From contig RPGP01000001.1 in the NCBI GenBank assembly GCA_004193555.1, forward strand, positions 27,367 to 91,366: a stretch of DNA of 64,000 nucleotides. The letters run 5' to 3'. The translations under genes were made by a program, and so were the position numbers. The notes beneath the pieces were generated by a model. That model did not search any database. It saw only the letters and a list, made by a program, of their open reading frames with translations, and was not told the DNA's origin. This document shows positions 26,974-37,942 of this stretch, one piece after another (position 1 is the first letter of the stretch; every line of letters starts with the position of its first letter). Source of the stretch: Desulfobacteraceae bacterium Eth-SRB1. Lineage in GTDB: Bacteria > Desulfobacterota > Desulfobacteria > Desulfobacterales > ETH-SRB1.

Positions 26974-28644
26974 CTACAATATTGAATAACCCGGCCCGTC
27001 TCCCCCTTCCGGGCATGTCCATGTGATGTTTTTATAAGGATCTTTTATTTCGCATGTTTTGCAGTGAAGACAATTTGAAGGATTAAGTTTAAGCCGTCTT
27101 TGCGAGCCGTTTTCCTCGATTTCGTAAACATTACCCAGGCAGAATCTTATACATGGGCATTGATAGGTAGTATAACATTCATTCATGCACAGATTTTGAT
27201 CGTGGATAACGATATGGCACGGCTGATCCTCCCTGTGCATGGTCTTTGACAGATAAACTCCTGTAAGTTTGTCAACATATAAAACACCATCAAAAACCTT
27301 GTTATCAGTACCCGTCTCTTTAAAGTCTATAATACCTGTTTTTACAGGCCGCAATGTTCTGTAATCTTTTTCAAGAGGCATTTTGTCACATATTCCGCGT
27401 CCTTTTGTGAAATACTGGGCGCCAAGATGGATAAATTTTATCAATCCTTTTTTTGACATGGCCTGGGAAAAGTTTCTTCCCTCATAAATTTCTTTTTTTG
27501 ACCAGCTTTTTTCAAACAATTCATGATAATTACCGAGCGTTTCCTGTGTAAAGCTGTTTTTTTCACAGGCTTTTATGATCGCCTCTGCTGCCAGCATACC
27601 GGATTTCATGGAAACATGTATGCCCTTTAGCCCGGGAGTATTTTGCATTGACGCACTGCCGCCGATAAATACTCCGCCATTTACAACGAGCCTGGGAATA
27701 GTATAATATCCTCCGGAGGAAACGGTTCTTGCTCCCTGTTCGACTACCTTACCGTTTTGGATGATTTGTGATATTAAAGGATGGCGTTTGAATTTAATGA
27801 ACTCGTCATACAGGTCAAGCATCGGCTCCTGATATGAAAGACCTGCGAGAAATCCCAGGGATGCTTTGTTATCTCCCATTTCATAGATAAAACCGCCGCC
27901 AGGTGTATTAATGCCCAGCGGATAGCCGAAGGTATGGATATCATTCCCTTTGCTGGTCTTAAAATAGTTGTTTTCAGGAAGCTGTATAACCTCTTTGATG
28001 CCTGTTTCAAAGACCTGGGGCATCTTTCCGGAAAAGATATCAAATCTTTTTGCAACATTCTGCATAAGACTTCCCATTGGCCCTTCTCCGAACACAGTAA
28101 CCCCGGCTAATATATCTATTCCCGGCTCAAAATTGCCTTTAGGCTTACCTTCTTTATCAAGCCCCTTGTCTCCTGTGCGTATTCCGATGATTGACTTATT
28201 GTCCGGAGAGTAAAGGACCTCTTTTCCTGCAAAACCCGGAAAGATATTTATTCCAAGCTGTTCGGCAATTTCCGCAAGCCATCTTGTGAACCGTGAAAGG
28301 CTTATAATATAAAAGCCTTTATTTCGCATATATCGCGGCGTATAAGGAAGACGATAATATTTGCTTTCGGTCAGAAAGTAAAATTCGTCTTCTCTTACAG
28401 TTGATTCAACAGGGCATCCTCTTTCAAGAAAATCAGGCATAAGCTCCTTTAATGCAACAGGATTCAACACAGCCCCGCTCAAAGCGTGTGATCCTATTTC
28501 AGCCCCTTTTTCAATAATAGCAACTTCAAGGTTTATCCCTTTTTGCCCGGCTAACTGCATTAATCTAATGGAGCCCGCAAGACTTGCAGGGCCGCCTCCA
28601 ACAAAAAGTATGTCAAAAGATATCTGTTCATGTTCTATATTCAT
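26974..28644 (-). CDS. Electron transfer flavoprotein:quinone oxidoreductase (ETF-QO/FixCX-like)
   Basis: VGGGPA, IEKGAEIGSHALSGA, KGIHVSMKSGMLAAE, NCLHCKTCEIKDP, PEGGDGP. Confidence 0.92.
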   Translation of the reverse strand: MNIEHEQISFDILFVGGGPASLAGSIRLMQLAGQKGINLEVAIIEKGAEIGSHALSGAVLNPVALKELMPDFLERGCPVESTVREDEFYFLTESKYYRLPYTPRYMRNKGFYIISLSRFTRWLAEIAEQLGINIFPGFAGKEVLYSPDNKSIIGIRTGDKGLDKEGKPKGNFEPGIDILAGVTVFGEGPMGSLMQNVAKRFDIFSGKMPQVFETGIKEVIQLPENNYFKTSKGNDIHTFGYPLGINTPGGGFIYEMGDNKASLGFLAGLSYQEPMLDLYDEFIKFKRHPLISQIIQNGKVVEQGARTVSSGGYYTIPRLVVNGGVFIGGSASMQNTPGLKGIHVSMKSGMLAAEAIIKACEKNSFTQETLGNYHELFEKSWSKKEIYEGRNFSQAMSKKGLIKFIHLGAQYFTKGRGICDKMPLEKDYRTLRPVKTGIIDFKETGTDNKVFDGVLYVDKLTGVYLSKTMHREDQPCHIVIHDQNLCMNECYTTYQCPCIRFCLGNVYEIEENGSQRRLKLNPSNCLHCKTCEIKDPYKNITWTCPEGGDGPGYSIL

Positions 28645-28676
28645 TTTATTTATGGCCTTTTATTATTTATATATTT

Positions 28677-28796
28677 GATGCACTCGTAAAAAGTCGGAAA
28701 ATCGATTTCTCGCCACAATATATTGGGTATAATAAGGGCCAATAGCACTGTATGTTGTGGTCAAAATGAAAGGTTTGGACTTTTTACGAGAGCATC
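28677..28796. mobile_element. MITE-like element with TIR GATGCACTCGTAAAAAGTC carrying two NrdR-box-like palindromes
   Basis: Ends GATGCACTCGTAAAAAGTC / GACTTTTTACGAGAGCATC; flanks ATATTT/ATACTT; internal CCACAATATATTGGGT (28713) and GCACTGTATGTTGTGG (28745). Confidence 0.7.
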
Positions 28797-28825
28797 ATAC
28801 TTGAAACGCATTTATTTTTAAAAAG

Positions 28826-29737
28826 CTAATGTGCTATCATTGCCCTTAATTTATTTAAGTTAGTTTTATCACGATCGCAGGCGGCGTTTTCCTTTGGCGT
28901 CTCAATAATCTTTGGAATATTTTTAAATCTTTTATCATTCATGAAATATCCAAAAGCTTTTAATCCAATAAATCCCTGTCCAATATGTTCATGCCGGTCA
29001 ACCCTGGAGTCAAGTTCTTTTTTCGAATCATTTAAATGAATCAAATAAAGCTGATTAATACCTATTATCCTGTCGAATGCATCGATTGTTTTCCGATATG
29101 ATATCTTTGTCCTGATATCATAACCTGCAGCAAAGATGTGACATGTGTCAAGGCAGACTCCGATCCTGTCTTTTTTTTTAATCATATCGATTATGGATGC
29201 CAGATGTTCAAAGGTATGGCCTATGCTTGAACCCTGACCCGCAGTGGTTTCTAACAAAAGGCGTGTCTGTATGCCGGGAGTCTCAGCGAATATTTTATTA
29301 ATACTTTCAGCTATTCTATTGATTCCCTCTTTTTCTCCTTTTCCCATATGAGAACCCGGGTGAAGCACGACAAAGGGAATGCCTAACATTGAAGATCTGA
29401 TGAGTTCCTGTTTTAGAGCGCTGCATGACATATGACGCTTCTTGTTCTCATAACTTGCTAAATTTATTAAATATGATGAGTGGGAGGCGATTGAAGTTAT
29501 ACCAGTCTTTGTTTTCGCCTCTAAAAAAAGATCGATTTCGGCTTCTGTAAGTATCCGTTCCTTCCAGGTGCTTGCAGATTTCGTAAATATCTGAAGGGTA
29601 GTACAGTTTAAAGCTTTTGCATCATACAGGGCATTGTGCAGACCCTTTGCAATGGAAAAATGTGCGCCAAGCAGGCAGGAATTTTTTATAATTTTTACTT
29701 TTTCTGTATTTTTTTGATGCATGTGATAACCTTGCAT
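28826..29737 (-). CDS. nfo: Endonuclease IV (AP endonuclease)
   Basis: LLGAHFSIAKG, HSSYLINL, VLHPGS, LLETTAGQG, CLDTCH, HLNDSK, DRHEHIG, IIETP; exact start uncertain. Confidence 0.94.
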   Translation of the reverse strand: MQGYHMHQKNTEKVKIIKNSCLLGAHFSIAKGLHNALYDAKALNCTTLQIFTKSASTWKERILTEAEIDLFLEAKTKTGITSIASHSSYLINLASYENKKRHMSCSALKQELIRSSMLGIPFVVLHPGSHMGKGEKEGINRIAESINKIFAETPGIQTRLLLETTAGQGSSIGHTFEHLASIIDMIKKKDRIGVCLDTCHIFAAGYDIRTKISYRKTIDAFDRIIGINQLYLIHLNDSKKELDSRVDRHEHIGQGFIGLKAFGYFMNDKRFKNIPKIIETPKENAACDRDKTNLNKLRAMIAH

Positions 29738-29996
29738 AATTTATACTTTCCAATTTCAAGTTTCAAGCCGTGAACGGCTACGATATGCGATTTATTGAGA
29801 AAATAAAAAGATCAGAATATAACGATTATAAATACCAAAAAACATAAAACATCAATGGTAAATATAACGAAACCACATGCAACATAATAATATATGCTGT
29901 TGCTGCTCTATTATTATCGCATTTATTGTTTGACAATTTATCGAATATTGCCTTATTTATTAAGTCAATATGAGAACTTTGCATATAAAATATAAT

Positions 29997-30157
29997 GACT
30001 ACTCACGTAGTCAGGCTGAAGCTGTTTAGACTGAAGGCTGAAGGGGTCAGAAGAGTACGATTGCCGTACTTTGACGGAAATATCTGATTCTTGCACCAAA
30101 TATGACTTCAAAATGCGCTTTTCCCTGACAGTCTTCAGCCTATCTACCTGAGTAGTT
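29997..30157. repeat. Inverted-repeat element with GGCTGAA heptamers
   Basis: GACTACTCACGTAG..AGGCTGAAG ... CTTCAGCCTATCTACCTGAGTAGTT. Confidence 0.7.
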
Positions 30158-30246
30158 ACAGGATATAATCCTCATTATTGTTTTGCAAATTCATTAAAAA
30201 ACTGCTTTGAAATTAGACTCCCCGCACATCAAACCGGAGAATTACC

Positions 30247-32142
30247 GTGTTAAAAATCTTGTTAATTGATGATGAAAAAGGCACCAGGAAATTATTAAGT
30301 ATATCTCTCAGGAACGAGGGATATGATGTTATAACGGCTGATAACGGGAAGAGCGGTCTTGAACTGTTCAGGCAGGAGTCGCCTTCTATTGTTTTAACAG
30401 ATATTAAAATGCCGGGGATGGACGGAACTGATGTATTAAAAAAGATAAAACAGATAGACCCTGATACAGAAGTCATTATACTAACAGGATACGGAGATAT
30501 GGAAAAGGCTGTTAAGTCAATACAGCTTGACGCTTCTGATTTTATATCAAAACCTGTTAACAGAAATGTTCTTTCCGGAGCCCTTCGACGCGCTGAAGCT
30601 AAATTAAAAGTTAAGCAAACTCTTAAGCATTATACACTTAATCTTGAAAAGGCTGTAAAGGAAAAGACCACAGCGCTTGAAAAGTCGCACGAGGAAATGA
30701 AGGCTATTTGCGATATTACATATAGTCTTGATGGAAAAAAATATTTGGCGGAAGCCTTTGATCTTATTATCGAGCGAATCAAAGATATATTTTTGTTTGA
30801 AGAGGCGGTTCCACTTATCTTTAACAAGGCAAAAGACGAATTCATTAAAATCAATGGTTACAGATGCCCGCAGGCAGAGAATAAAAAGGAGCTTATATCC
30901 TCAATTAATTCAATTGATTATCCAATAGACATCGCTGAACTGAGCGCTATGGGCTATGACTGGTTGAAAAGGTTTGAAAACTATAAGTCTTTATCAGTTG
31001 TTCCGATAAGTAGAAATAATGATATTGCCGGCGGAGTGATCCTGCTTGCATCTGACGCTAATGTTTTTTCAAAAGATGATTTAGGTTTTTTTTATCTTAT
31101 GCTTTCACAGGTTGCCTGTGATATTAGAAGAATAGCATTGAATGAGGAGCGGCTGAAGGGATTAGATGATAAGGTCAAAATGTTTTCGGGCTTTGGAGGC
31201 ATCATCGGGAAAGATTATAAGATGCGCCAGATTTACAATTTGATTCTGGATATAGCTCCTACCGGTGCAACAGTATTGATTCAGGGAGAAAGCGGATCCG
31301 GAAAAGAACTTGTTGCAAGAGCAGTTCATTTGCATAGCCATAGAAAAGACAATTGTTTTGTTGTTGTGAATTGCTCTGCATATCCTCACACATTAATCGA
31401 AAGCGAGCTGTTTGGTCATGAAAAGGGTGCTTTTACCGGCGCTGCACATAAGAGGATCGGACGATTTGAACTGGCAGACGAGGGAACCCTTTTTCTGGAT
31501 GAGATCGGGGAAATCCCATTGATGTCGCAGGTTAAGCTTCTCAGATTTCTCCAGTTTCAAAAGCTTGAGAGATTGGGGGGGACGGAAACCATTGGAGTGA
31601 ATGTCAGAATAATAGCGGCCACTAATAAAGATTTACAAAAAGAGGTGGAAAAGGGGAACTTTCGGGAAGACTTGTATTACCGTTTGAATGTTATTCCGAT
31701 AAATATTCCCCCTCTCAGGGTTAGACGAAATGATATATCTCTTCTGGTAGAATATTTTATTGAAAAACTGAACGCTCAAGGGAATAAAAAGGTAAAAGGA
31801 ATTTCTTCTGAGGCTATGAAATTATTAGTGGATTACAGATGGCCGGGTAATGTTAGAGAGCTGGAAAATATTATCGAACACTCTTTTATTCTTGCCAAGG
31901 ATGAATATATTACCAAACAAAATTTCCCCCATAATATACTTTTTAATGTTGACAACATTGATAAAGAAAAAAAAATAAGCTCCTTTCAGGAAAATGAAAA
32001 AAGATTTCTAACTAAAGTGCTCGAAGAATATCAATGGAACAAATCGCAGGCCGCAAAAAAGCTAAACATCAGCCGAGGCACGTTGTACGCAAAGCTGAGA
32101 AAATATAATCTTAATTATGTGGATAAGGAACGGTTATTATGA
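30247..32142 (+). CDS. Sigma-54 activator: REC - GAF-like - AAA+ - Fis HTH
   Basis: LLIDDE/TDIKMPG; middle SLSVVPI..GGVILL (GAF-like); [37 protein letters not shown]; HTH. Confidence 0.93.
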   Translation: MLKILLIDDEKGTRKLLSISLRNEGYDVITADNGKSGLELFRQESPSIVLTDIKMPGMDGTDVLKKIKQIDPDTEVIILTGYGDMEKAVKSIQLDASDFISKPVNRNVLSGALRRAEAKLKVKQTLKHYTLNLEKAVKEKTTALEKSHEEMKAICDITYSLDGKKYLAEAFDLIIERIKDIFLFEEAVPLIFNKAKDEFIKINGYRCPQAENKKELISSINSIDYPIDIAELSAMGYDWLKRFENYKSLSVVPISRNNDIAGGVILLASDANVFSKDDLGFFYLMLSQVACDIRRIALNEERLKGLDDKVKMFSGFGGIIGKDYKMRQIYNLILDIAPTGATVLIQGESGSGKELVARAVHLHSHRKDNCFVVVNCSAYPHTLIESELFGHEKGAFTGAAHKRIGRFELADEGTLFLDEIGEIPLMSQVKLLRFLQFQKLERLGGTETIGVNVRIIAATNKDLQKEVEKGNFREDLYYRLNVIPINIPPLRVRRNDISLLVEYFIEKLNAQGNKKVKGISSEAMKLLVDYRWPGNVRELENIIEHSFILAKDEYITKQNFPHNILFNVDNIDKEKKISSFQENEKRFLTKVLEEYQWNKSQAAKKLNISRGTLYAKLRKYNLNYVDKERLL

Positions 32143-32582
32143 AAGATAAATTTTTTGTTTTAATTGCAATATTCTTTTTGCTGATTTTTTCCCCGTTATT
32201 TTTTTCTAATGCAACTATTGCTGAAGAAAAAAAAGCAGTGGCAGTATATGTTGGAATGGAAAAGTGTAAAGAATGTCATCCAAAACACGTGCAGAGCTAT
32301 TATTCCTGGAAATATTCAAAAAATTTTCGGGTCATAAAGATGAGAAAAAAAGATAATGACCCGGGCTGTCTTCCTTGTCATACCACGGGATACGGAAAAC
32401 CAGGAGGATTTTCCAGTGTCCGGGAGACTCCACACATGATCAATAAACAATGTGAAAGCTGTCATGGTCCGGCCAGTCTGCACCTCAAGGCTCCTACCAA
32501 GCGCGAACATCAAGAGACGCTAAGCATTCCACAGAATGTCTGTACTTCCTGTCACAGCGGCCACAAGCATCCCGGGTATTGA
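32139..32582 (+). CDS. Periplasmic tetraheme c-type cytochrome (c554-like)
   Basis: Signal peptide; YVG..CKECH, CLPCHTTG, CESCHGP, CTSCH; ATGA overlap with the upstream gene. Confidence 0.92.
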   Translation: MKDKFFVLIAIFFLLIFSPLFFSNATIAEEKKAVAVYVGMEKCKECHPKHVQSYYSWKYSKNFRVIKMRKKDNDPGCLPCHTTGYGKPGGFSSVRETPHMINKQCESCHGPASLHLKAPTKREHQETLSIPQNVCTSCHSGHKHPGY

Positions 32583-32640
32583 GAAACTGTGAACCGATAA
32601 CTGTGAATGGTTATTTTCAGGTTTAAGAGGAAATTTTTTT

Positions 32641-34722
32641 ATGTTTGGCTGGGTAAATTTAAAGGAATTCATATCAGGAAGTTTAAGAATCAGGATAATA
32701 CTGGGTGTGAGTATAATCCTGCTTACAGTGTTAGGCACTTTTAGTTATTTTGATGCAATTACCCAGGTTCGTCGTCATACTGAAGAGCACAAAAAAATGG
32801 CTATGGAAATAAGTGATACTGTTATGAAAAGCATAGAGTATCCCATGCTGGATGGCGAAATGGAGCGAGTTCAGGCTATATTGGAAAGGCTGGGCACTCT
32901 GGAAGATATGGAGGTAGTTCATCTTTGCGATGACACTGGTATTATCAAGCGTAATGGGGAGAACCCTTCTGATATCAACAGGAAGGCCAGGTCTGATATC
33001 ACACTGAAAGCATTTAAGACAGGTGAGCTGGCACACGGGCTGGAAAAAGGGCATTATAATAATGTAGAAACTAAGATATTACGTTACGCCATTCCTGTTC
33101 ATAATGAGCAGGCCTGTTATAAGTGCCATGGGGATAAAAAACCTCTTCTGGGGGTGTTGTCGGTTGGATTTAGCTGGGAGCCGATTCAGCAAACAGTTGC
33201 CTCGGTGCGAGACCAGAATATACTTAGAGCTATTACATCAGTAGTAGTGCTTGGTTTTTTTCTGACCTTGTGGCTAAATAGATATACCATTCGACCCATT
33301 GTCGAGCTAACCCATATTGCTGATGAGATTAGTCGTGAAAAATATATCTATAATTCTGAGATATTCCGAAGGCGATCTGTACGGTGCTGGGAGCTGTTGA
33401 CCTGTAACAAAACAGATTGCCCGGCCTATAAAAACGATGCTATGCGGTGCTGGTATGTGCCGGATACATTATGCTTTGGTGAACCGTCAGGGGAATTTCC
33501 GCAGAAATTAGATCAATGTATTGAGTGTTCCGTTTATCAGAGTCATAAAGGAGATGAAATAGTTAGACTCCGGGACTCTTTTCAACACATGCTTTATAAG
33601 TTGAGATCTTATGAGAAAGAACTCAGGGTATCGGAGGAAAAATATAGACTTTTGTTTAATGCTAATCCTGACCCCATTTTTATTATAGACAGGAATAATT
33701 TCCAAATCCTGGATATCAACGAACGGGCTTTGCATGTTTATGGTTATTCAAGGGAAGAATTAATAAAAATGTCTTTTGTTAATCTGGGACATAAACAAAC
33801 CGGAGAGGTTGTGGCCGGGTTTCAAGAACTTTCCACAGGTCAAAGCGGATTCTTTACTAAAAAGAGGCATATGCGAAAGGACGGGAGTTCATTTTATGTA
33901 AATATTATGGTTTGTCCCACAAAATATATGAAAACAGAGGTATTAATCGTGGCCACTACTGATATTACGGAGAGCATAGAAAAGGAGGCCCAGCTTATAC
34001 AGGCCAGCAAAATGACCACCATAGGTACCATGGCCTCCGGTATCGCCCATGAATTAAGTCAGCCGTTGAACGTTATCAAGATTGGAAGCGATTTTATTCA
34101 AAAAATAATTAAACAAGGCCAAAAAATAGATATTGAAGAATTCAAAACCGTGTCAGAGGAAATGGGCAGCTATGTGGACAGGGCATCTGGAATTATTAAT
34201 CATTTACGGGAGTTTTCCCGAGTATCCCCTCCTGTGCAGTCACCGGTAGATATTAATAGCCCAATCAGGGACGTATTTAAAGTATTAGGCCAGCAGCTAA
34301 GATTGCATCAGGTAGAAGTTGAGCTTGAATTAGCCGAAAACCTGCCTGCTGTAATGGCTGACCACAACCGGCTGGAGCAGATTTTTATCAACCTGGTTAC
34401 CAATGCACTGGATGCCATAGATGAAAAGGTTGAAAAGATGGGGCGGGAGGTTGAAAAATCTATAATAATAAAATCGTTTATAGACGAAAAGCAGGTTGTA
34501 GTCATGGTGTCTGATACCGGCATAGGGATTCCTGATAGCGTCATAGAGAGAATATTTGAGCCGTTTTTTACCACTAAGGAGGTCGGTAAAGGCACAGGGC
34601 TCGGCATGTCCATTAGTTATGGAATTGTCCGCGACTATGGCGGGACTTTTGATGTAAAGAGCAAAGAAGGTGTCGGCACAACCTTTGAGTTGAGATTTCC
34701 TGTTTATACGTCGGAGAATTGA
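32641..34722 (+). CDS. Sensor histidine kinase: periplasmic heme-c (CxxCH), HAMP with Cys-rich insertion, PAS, HisKA-HATPase
   Basis: TM1 - CYKCH - TM2; PIVEL..., CW..C....CP....CW......C..., C..C, DEIVRL; PAS; AHELSQPL; [17 protein letters not shown]. Confidence 0.92.
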   Translation: MFGWVNLKEFISGSLRIRIILGVSIILLTVLGTFSYFDAITQVRRHTEEHKKMAMEISDTVMKSIEYPMLDGEMERVQAILERLGTLEDMEVVHLCDDTGIIKRNGENPSDINRKARSDITLKAFKTGELAHGLEKGHYNNVETKILRYAIPVHNEQACYKCHGDKKPLLGVLSVGFSWEPIQQTVASVRDQNILRAITSVVVLGFFLTLWLNRYTIRPIVELTHIADEISREKYIYNSEIFRRRSVRCWELLTCNKTDCPAYKNDAMRCWYVPDTLCFGEPSGEFPQKLDQCIECSVYQSHKGDEIVRLRDSFQHMLYKLRSYEKELRVSEEKYRLLFNANPDPIFIIDRNNFQILDINERALHVYGYSREELIKMSFVNLGHKQTGEVVAGFQELSTGQSGFFTKKRHMRKDGSSFYVNIMVCPTKYMKTEVLIVATTDITESIEKEAQLIQASKMTTIGTMASGIAHELSQPLNVIKIGSDFIQKIIKQGQKIDIEEFKTVSEEMGSYVDRASGIINHLREFSRVSPPVQSPVDINSPIRDVFKVLGQQLRLHQVEVELELAENLPAVMADHNRLEQIFINLVTNALDAIDEKVEKMGREVEKSIIIKSFIDEKQVVVMVSDTGIGIPDSVIERIFEPFFTTKEVGKGTGLGMSISYGIVRDYGGTFDVKSKEGVGTTFELRFPVYTSEN

Positions 34723-34723
34723 T

Positions 34724-36307
34724 ATGTCAAAACTTTTACCGCCAAAACTTTTATTAATCGATGATGAAGAGGGTATTAGAAAACTTCTTAGCATATCTCT
34801 TAAAAGCGATGGATATGATGTGGTAACCGCTGAGAATGGAGAACAGGGCCTTAATCTATTTCAAAAAGAATTATTTTCAATAGTGCTGACCGATATAAAG
34901 ATGCCGGGGATGGACGGCATACAGGTATTAAAGGAGATAAAAAAAATTAATCCGGATACAGAGGTGATTGTCATTACCGGTCACGGCGATATGGAATCAG
35001 CCGTTCAATCGCTTCATCTCGGAGCATCTGATTTCATTAACAAGCCGGTGAGTGATCATATCCTTTCAGTTGCCCTGGAAAGGGCCGAGGAACGGCTGAA
35101 AACAAAAAAGATATTGAATAAGTATGCCAATGAACTGTGGAACATGGTAAAGGAGAAAACCGAAGAGATAAAGAGAAGGTATGAATTTGAGGACAAGCTT
35201 ATACGACGATCGATTGACGGAATTATTGCTACTGACAGGGAAGGCAATATTATAGTATTTAACCGGGCTGCGGAAAGGCTTTTTGGATATACCGAGGATG
35301 AGGTCAAAAGCGGAAAGAAGGCTGATGACCTTTATCCTGAAGCGATAATGCACAAAATTTCCGATATTTTTTCGGGCAAGACACATGAAGCGGATGTTAT
35401 CTTTGCTGGACAGGATACGTTTTTACAGGCAAAAAACGGTAAGTCAGTACCGGTTAGATTTTCAGGCGCAATACTCTATGAAGGTGACAGGGCAATAGGC
35501 AGTGTCGGTTTTTTTCAGGATCTTAGAGAAATTAAACGATTGCAAAAGGAATTAATCCAGTCAGAAAGATTGGCGGCCGTTGGGCAGACAGTGGCCGGTC
35601 TTGCACATGGCATAAAAAATATTTTAAATGGCTTAAAGGGGGGAGTCTATATAGTTAACAACGCTCTCAAAAAGTCGTCTGATAGTCTTGCCGGTGCGAG
35701 CGTAGAAAAGGGGGAGCCGGAAAGCAAACTAAGAACAGGTTGGGACATGGTGGAAAGAAATATTCACAGAGTCTCAGATCTGGTTTTGGATCTTCTCAGT
35801 TATTCAAAGGAACGTGAGCCGGAATATGAAAAATATGATCCGAATATTATTGTGGATGAAGTCTGCGCTCTTATGGAGTCAAAGGCCAAGAAAAATGATG
35901 TTACACTGATAAAAAGTTTAGATAAGGAAACAGGCGAGGTTTACCTTGATCCAAAAGGGATACATAACTGTCTTCTCAATCTGGTTTCAAATGCGATTGA
36001 CGCCTGCATTTTTGATCCTGATTCAGGGAAAGACTGGCAGGTAAAGGTTGAGGTGCATGCTGACAGGGAGGGCGGTGTGATTTATGAGGTTATTGATAAT
36101 GGTTGCGGCATGGATCATGAGGTTAAAGACAGGATTTTTACCGAATTTTTCAGCACAAAGGGAAATCGTGGCACAGGCCTTGGGCTGCTTGTCTCTCAAA
36201 AGGTCATTCATGAGCATAAAGGAACCATGGATGTGGAATCGGAACCAGGCAAAGGCACAAGGTTTTCAATCAGGCTTCCGAAACAGGAATTCACAGAGAA
36301 AAAATAA
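34724..36307 (+). CDS. Hybrid REC-PAS-histidine kinase
   Basis: N-terminal REC; PAS (SIDGIIATD..IIVFNRAAERLFGY); LAHGIKNIL; FFSTKG.RGTGLGL. Confidence 0.92.
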   Translation: MSKLLPPKLLLIDDEEGIRKLLSISLKSDGYDVVTAENGEQGLNLFQKELFSIVLTDIKMPGMDGIQVLKEIKKINPDTEVIVITGHGDMESAVQSLHLGASDFINKPVSDHILSVALERAEERLKTKKILNKYANELWNMVKEKTEEIKRRYEFEDKLIRRSIDGIIATDREGNIIVFNRAAERLFGYTEDEVKSGKKADDLYPEAIMHKISDIFSGKTHEADVIFAGQDTFLQAKNGKSVPVRFSGAILYEGDRAIGSVGFFQDLREIKRLQKELIQSERLAAVGQTVAGLAHGIKNILNGLKGGVYIVNNALKKSSDSLAGASVEKGEPESKLRTGWDMVERNIHRVSDLVLDLLSYSKEREPEYEKYDPNIIVDEVCALMESKAKKNDVTLIKSLDKETGEVYLDPKGIHNCLLNLVSNAIDACIFDPDSGKDWQVKVEVHADREGGVIYEVIDNGCGMDHEVKDRIFTEFFSTKGNRGTGLGLLVSQKVIHEHKGTMDVESEPGKGTRFSIRLPKQEFTEKK

Positions 36308-36419
36308 TTTTACTTGTAATTTATATGTAATTTACTATATGATAGTTTTTTAAAAAAATCAAACAGGTTGACAACTTTTATCTTGTTGGTTTCAAAAGGT
36401 TCAATAAAGGAGGAGTATT

Positions 36420-36809
36420 ATGGGTAAAAAGGTTCTGATTGTTGATGATGATGCTGATATAAGAACATTTGCATCAAGCGTTATAGAAAACAGCGGCTAT
36501 ACGCCAATAATCGCATCAAATGGCGAAGAAGGTATTGACAAAATTAGAGAAGAAAAACCGGACGCAATTATATTAGATATCTTAATGCCTAAAGAAAGCG
36601 GTATTAAGATGTATAGGGAAGTCAAAACAACCCCCGAGTTTAGCGCTATTCCGGTGATAATACTTTCCGGGATAGCTCAAAGAACCTTTATCCGTTCTCA
36701 AAAGGCGCTTGCAGAGGATGGTGAAGCCGTACCGGAACCGGAAGTCTATCTTGAAAAACCGGTTGAGCCGGAAGAACTGGCGGCAACTTTAAAGAAGTTT
36801 TTGTCCTGA
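36420..36809 (+). CDS. Single-domain response regulator (resembles the Desulfovibrio DVU0259 type)
   Basis: VLIVDDD, ILDILMPKESGIKMYRE, YLEKPV; RBS AAGGAGGAG. Subfamily assignment is from memory. Confidence 0.9.
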   Translation: MGKKVLIVDDDADIRTFASSVIENSGYTPIIASNGEEGIDKIREEKPDAIILDILMPKESGIKMYREVKTTPEFSAIPVIILSGIAQRTFIRSQKALAEDGEAVPEPEVYLEKPVEPEELAATLKKFLS

Positions 36810-36885
36810 TTTGTTGGTCGAGTGGTCAATTGGTCGAGTGGATTAACAACTCGACCAATTGACTATTCAACAACTCGACTAAATT

Positions 36886-37752
36886 TCAGGGCACCAGCAG
36901 TGTTGGAAATTCAGATGTTTCTGTTATTTCCTGAGATATGCCGCCAAGCCATCGTGCCCGCCAGGCCCCTTTTCCCGTTGCACCCATGACAATCATAGTG
37001 GCATTATGTTCACGTGCGGCAGTTTCAATCTGTGAGACCACGTCACCCATATAAAGATGAAAATCCGCTTCAAGCCCTTCATCTTCAAAAGTTATACAGA
37101 TATCTTCCAGCCTTTTTTTGTTTTCCTTTTGAATTTTCATAAGGTCATTTTTTGATTTACCCTTTACAACATCCTCACCTACAACATGTACCACCACTAC
37201 TTTTTTCACAGCCTTTTTTAAATCTATTATCTGTTCCAATGCCCTTTCGCATGGAGATGACCAGTCTGTTACAAAAAGAGGTGTATCAAAGGGCTTATTG
37301 TTAACCTTGCCTGACGGCAGCATGTATTTATGTACCAGCACAGGAGTTTTTGACCGCCGGAGAAGTTCCATTGTTGTTGAACTTGCAAACAGTTTTTCTA
37401 ATTTTGTTCTTTTACAGGCTTCTGTTACAATGAGATCTACCCCTTCTGTTTCAGCCGTTGAAAGAATTTTTGGGAGAGGGTCTCCAACAACCACATAGGC
37501 GCCGCATTCCATCCCTTTTTCGTAGATATTTTCAGCCCAATCAATAAAACGCACATCCGCCATCTGTTTTAATCTGACATCTTCCTCTTTAAGGTAGCCC
37601 GCTCCGCGATGCATGGCAACTGCTTCTCTGTTTATTACATGAAGAAAAACCACATGATCAAGACCGGCCTTTCTTAGCTCCATCAATGATTCCAGAGCAT
37701 CAAACCACAGTTCATCAAAGTTGGTTACAAACAGCATCTTTTTAAATTTCAT
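36886..37752 (-). CDS. Tandem-domain universal stress protein
   Basis: Two USP domains (KKMLFVTNF; LFVTDWS..MIVMGATGKG..WLGG..PTLLVP); ATG 37752 with RBS GGAGGA. Confidence 0.9.
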   Translation of the reverse strand: MKFKKMLFVTNFDELWFDALESLMELRKAGLDHVVFLHVINREAVAMHRGAGYLKEEDVRLKQMADVRFIDWAENIYEKGMECGAYVVVGDPLPKILSTAETEGVDLIVTEACKRTKLEKLFASSTTMELLRRSKTPVLVHKYMLPSGKVNNKPFDTPLFVTDWSSPCERALEQIIDLKKAVKKVVVVHVVGEDVVKGKSKNDLMKIQKENKKRLEDICITFEDEGLEADFHLYMGDVVSQIETAAREHNATMIVMGATGKGAWRARWLGGISQEITETSEFPTLLVP

Positions 37753-37942
37753 AAAACTTCCTCCTAAACTTATCAATCCCATCCTATAAATTTAGTAAAG
37801 ATAATCAGAAAGTGTTTAGATTGTCAAGAATTTATTGTGTATCTGAGTATATGTATTGTACGGTCAAATAAATAGTATGAGGACGATAATAGAAACAGAA
37901 AAAGACCGGATAAAATTTTACTGTACGGCATTACGGCAAGAA

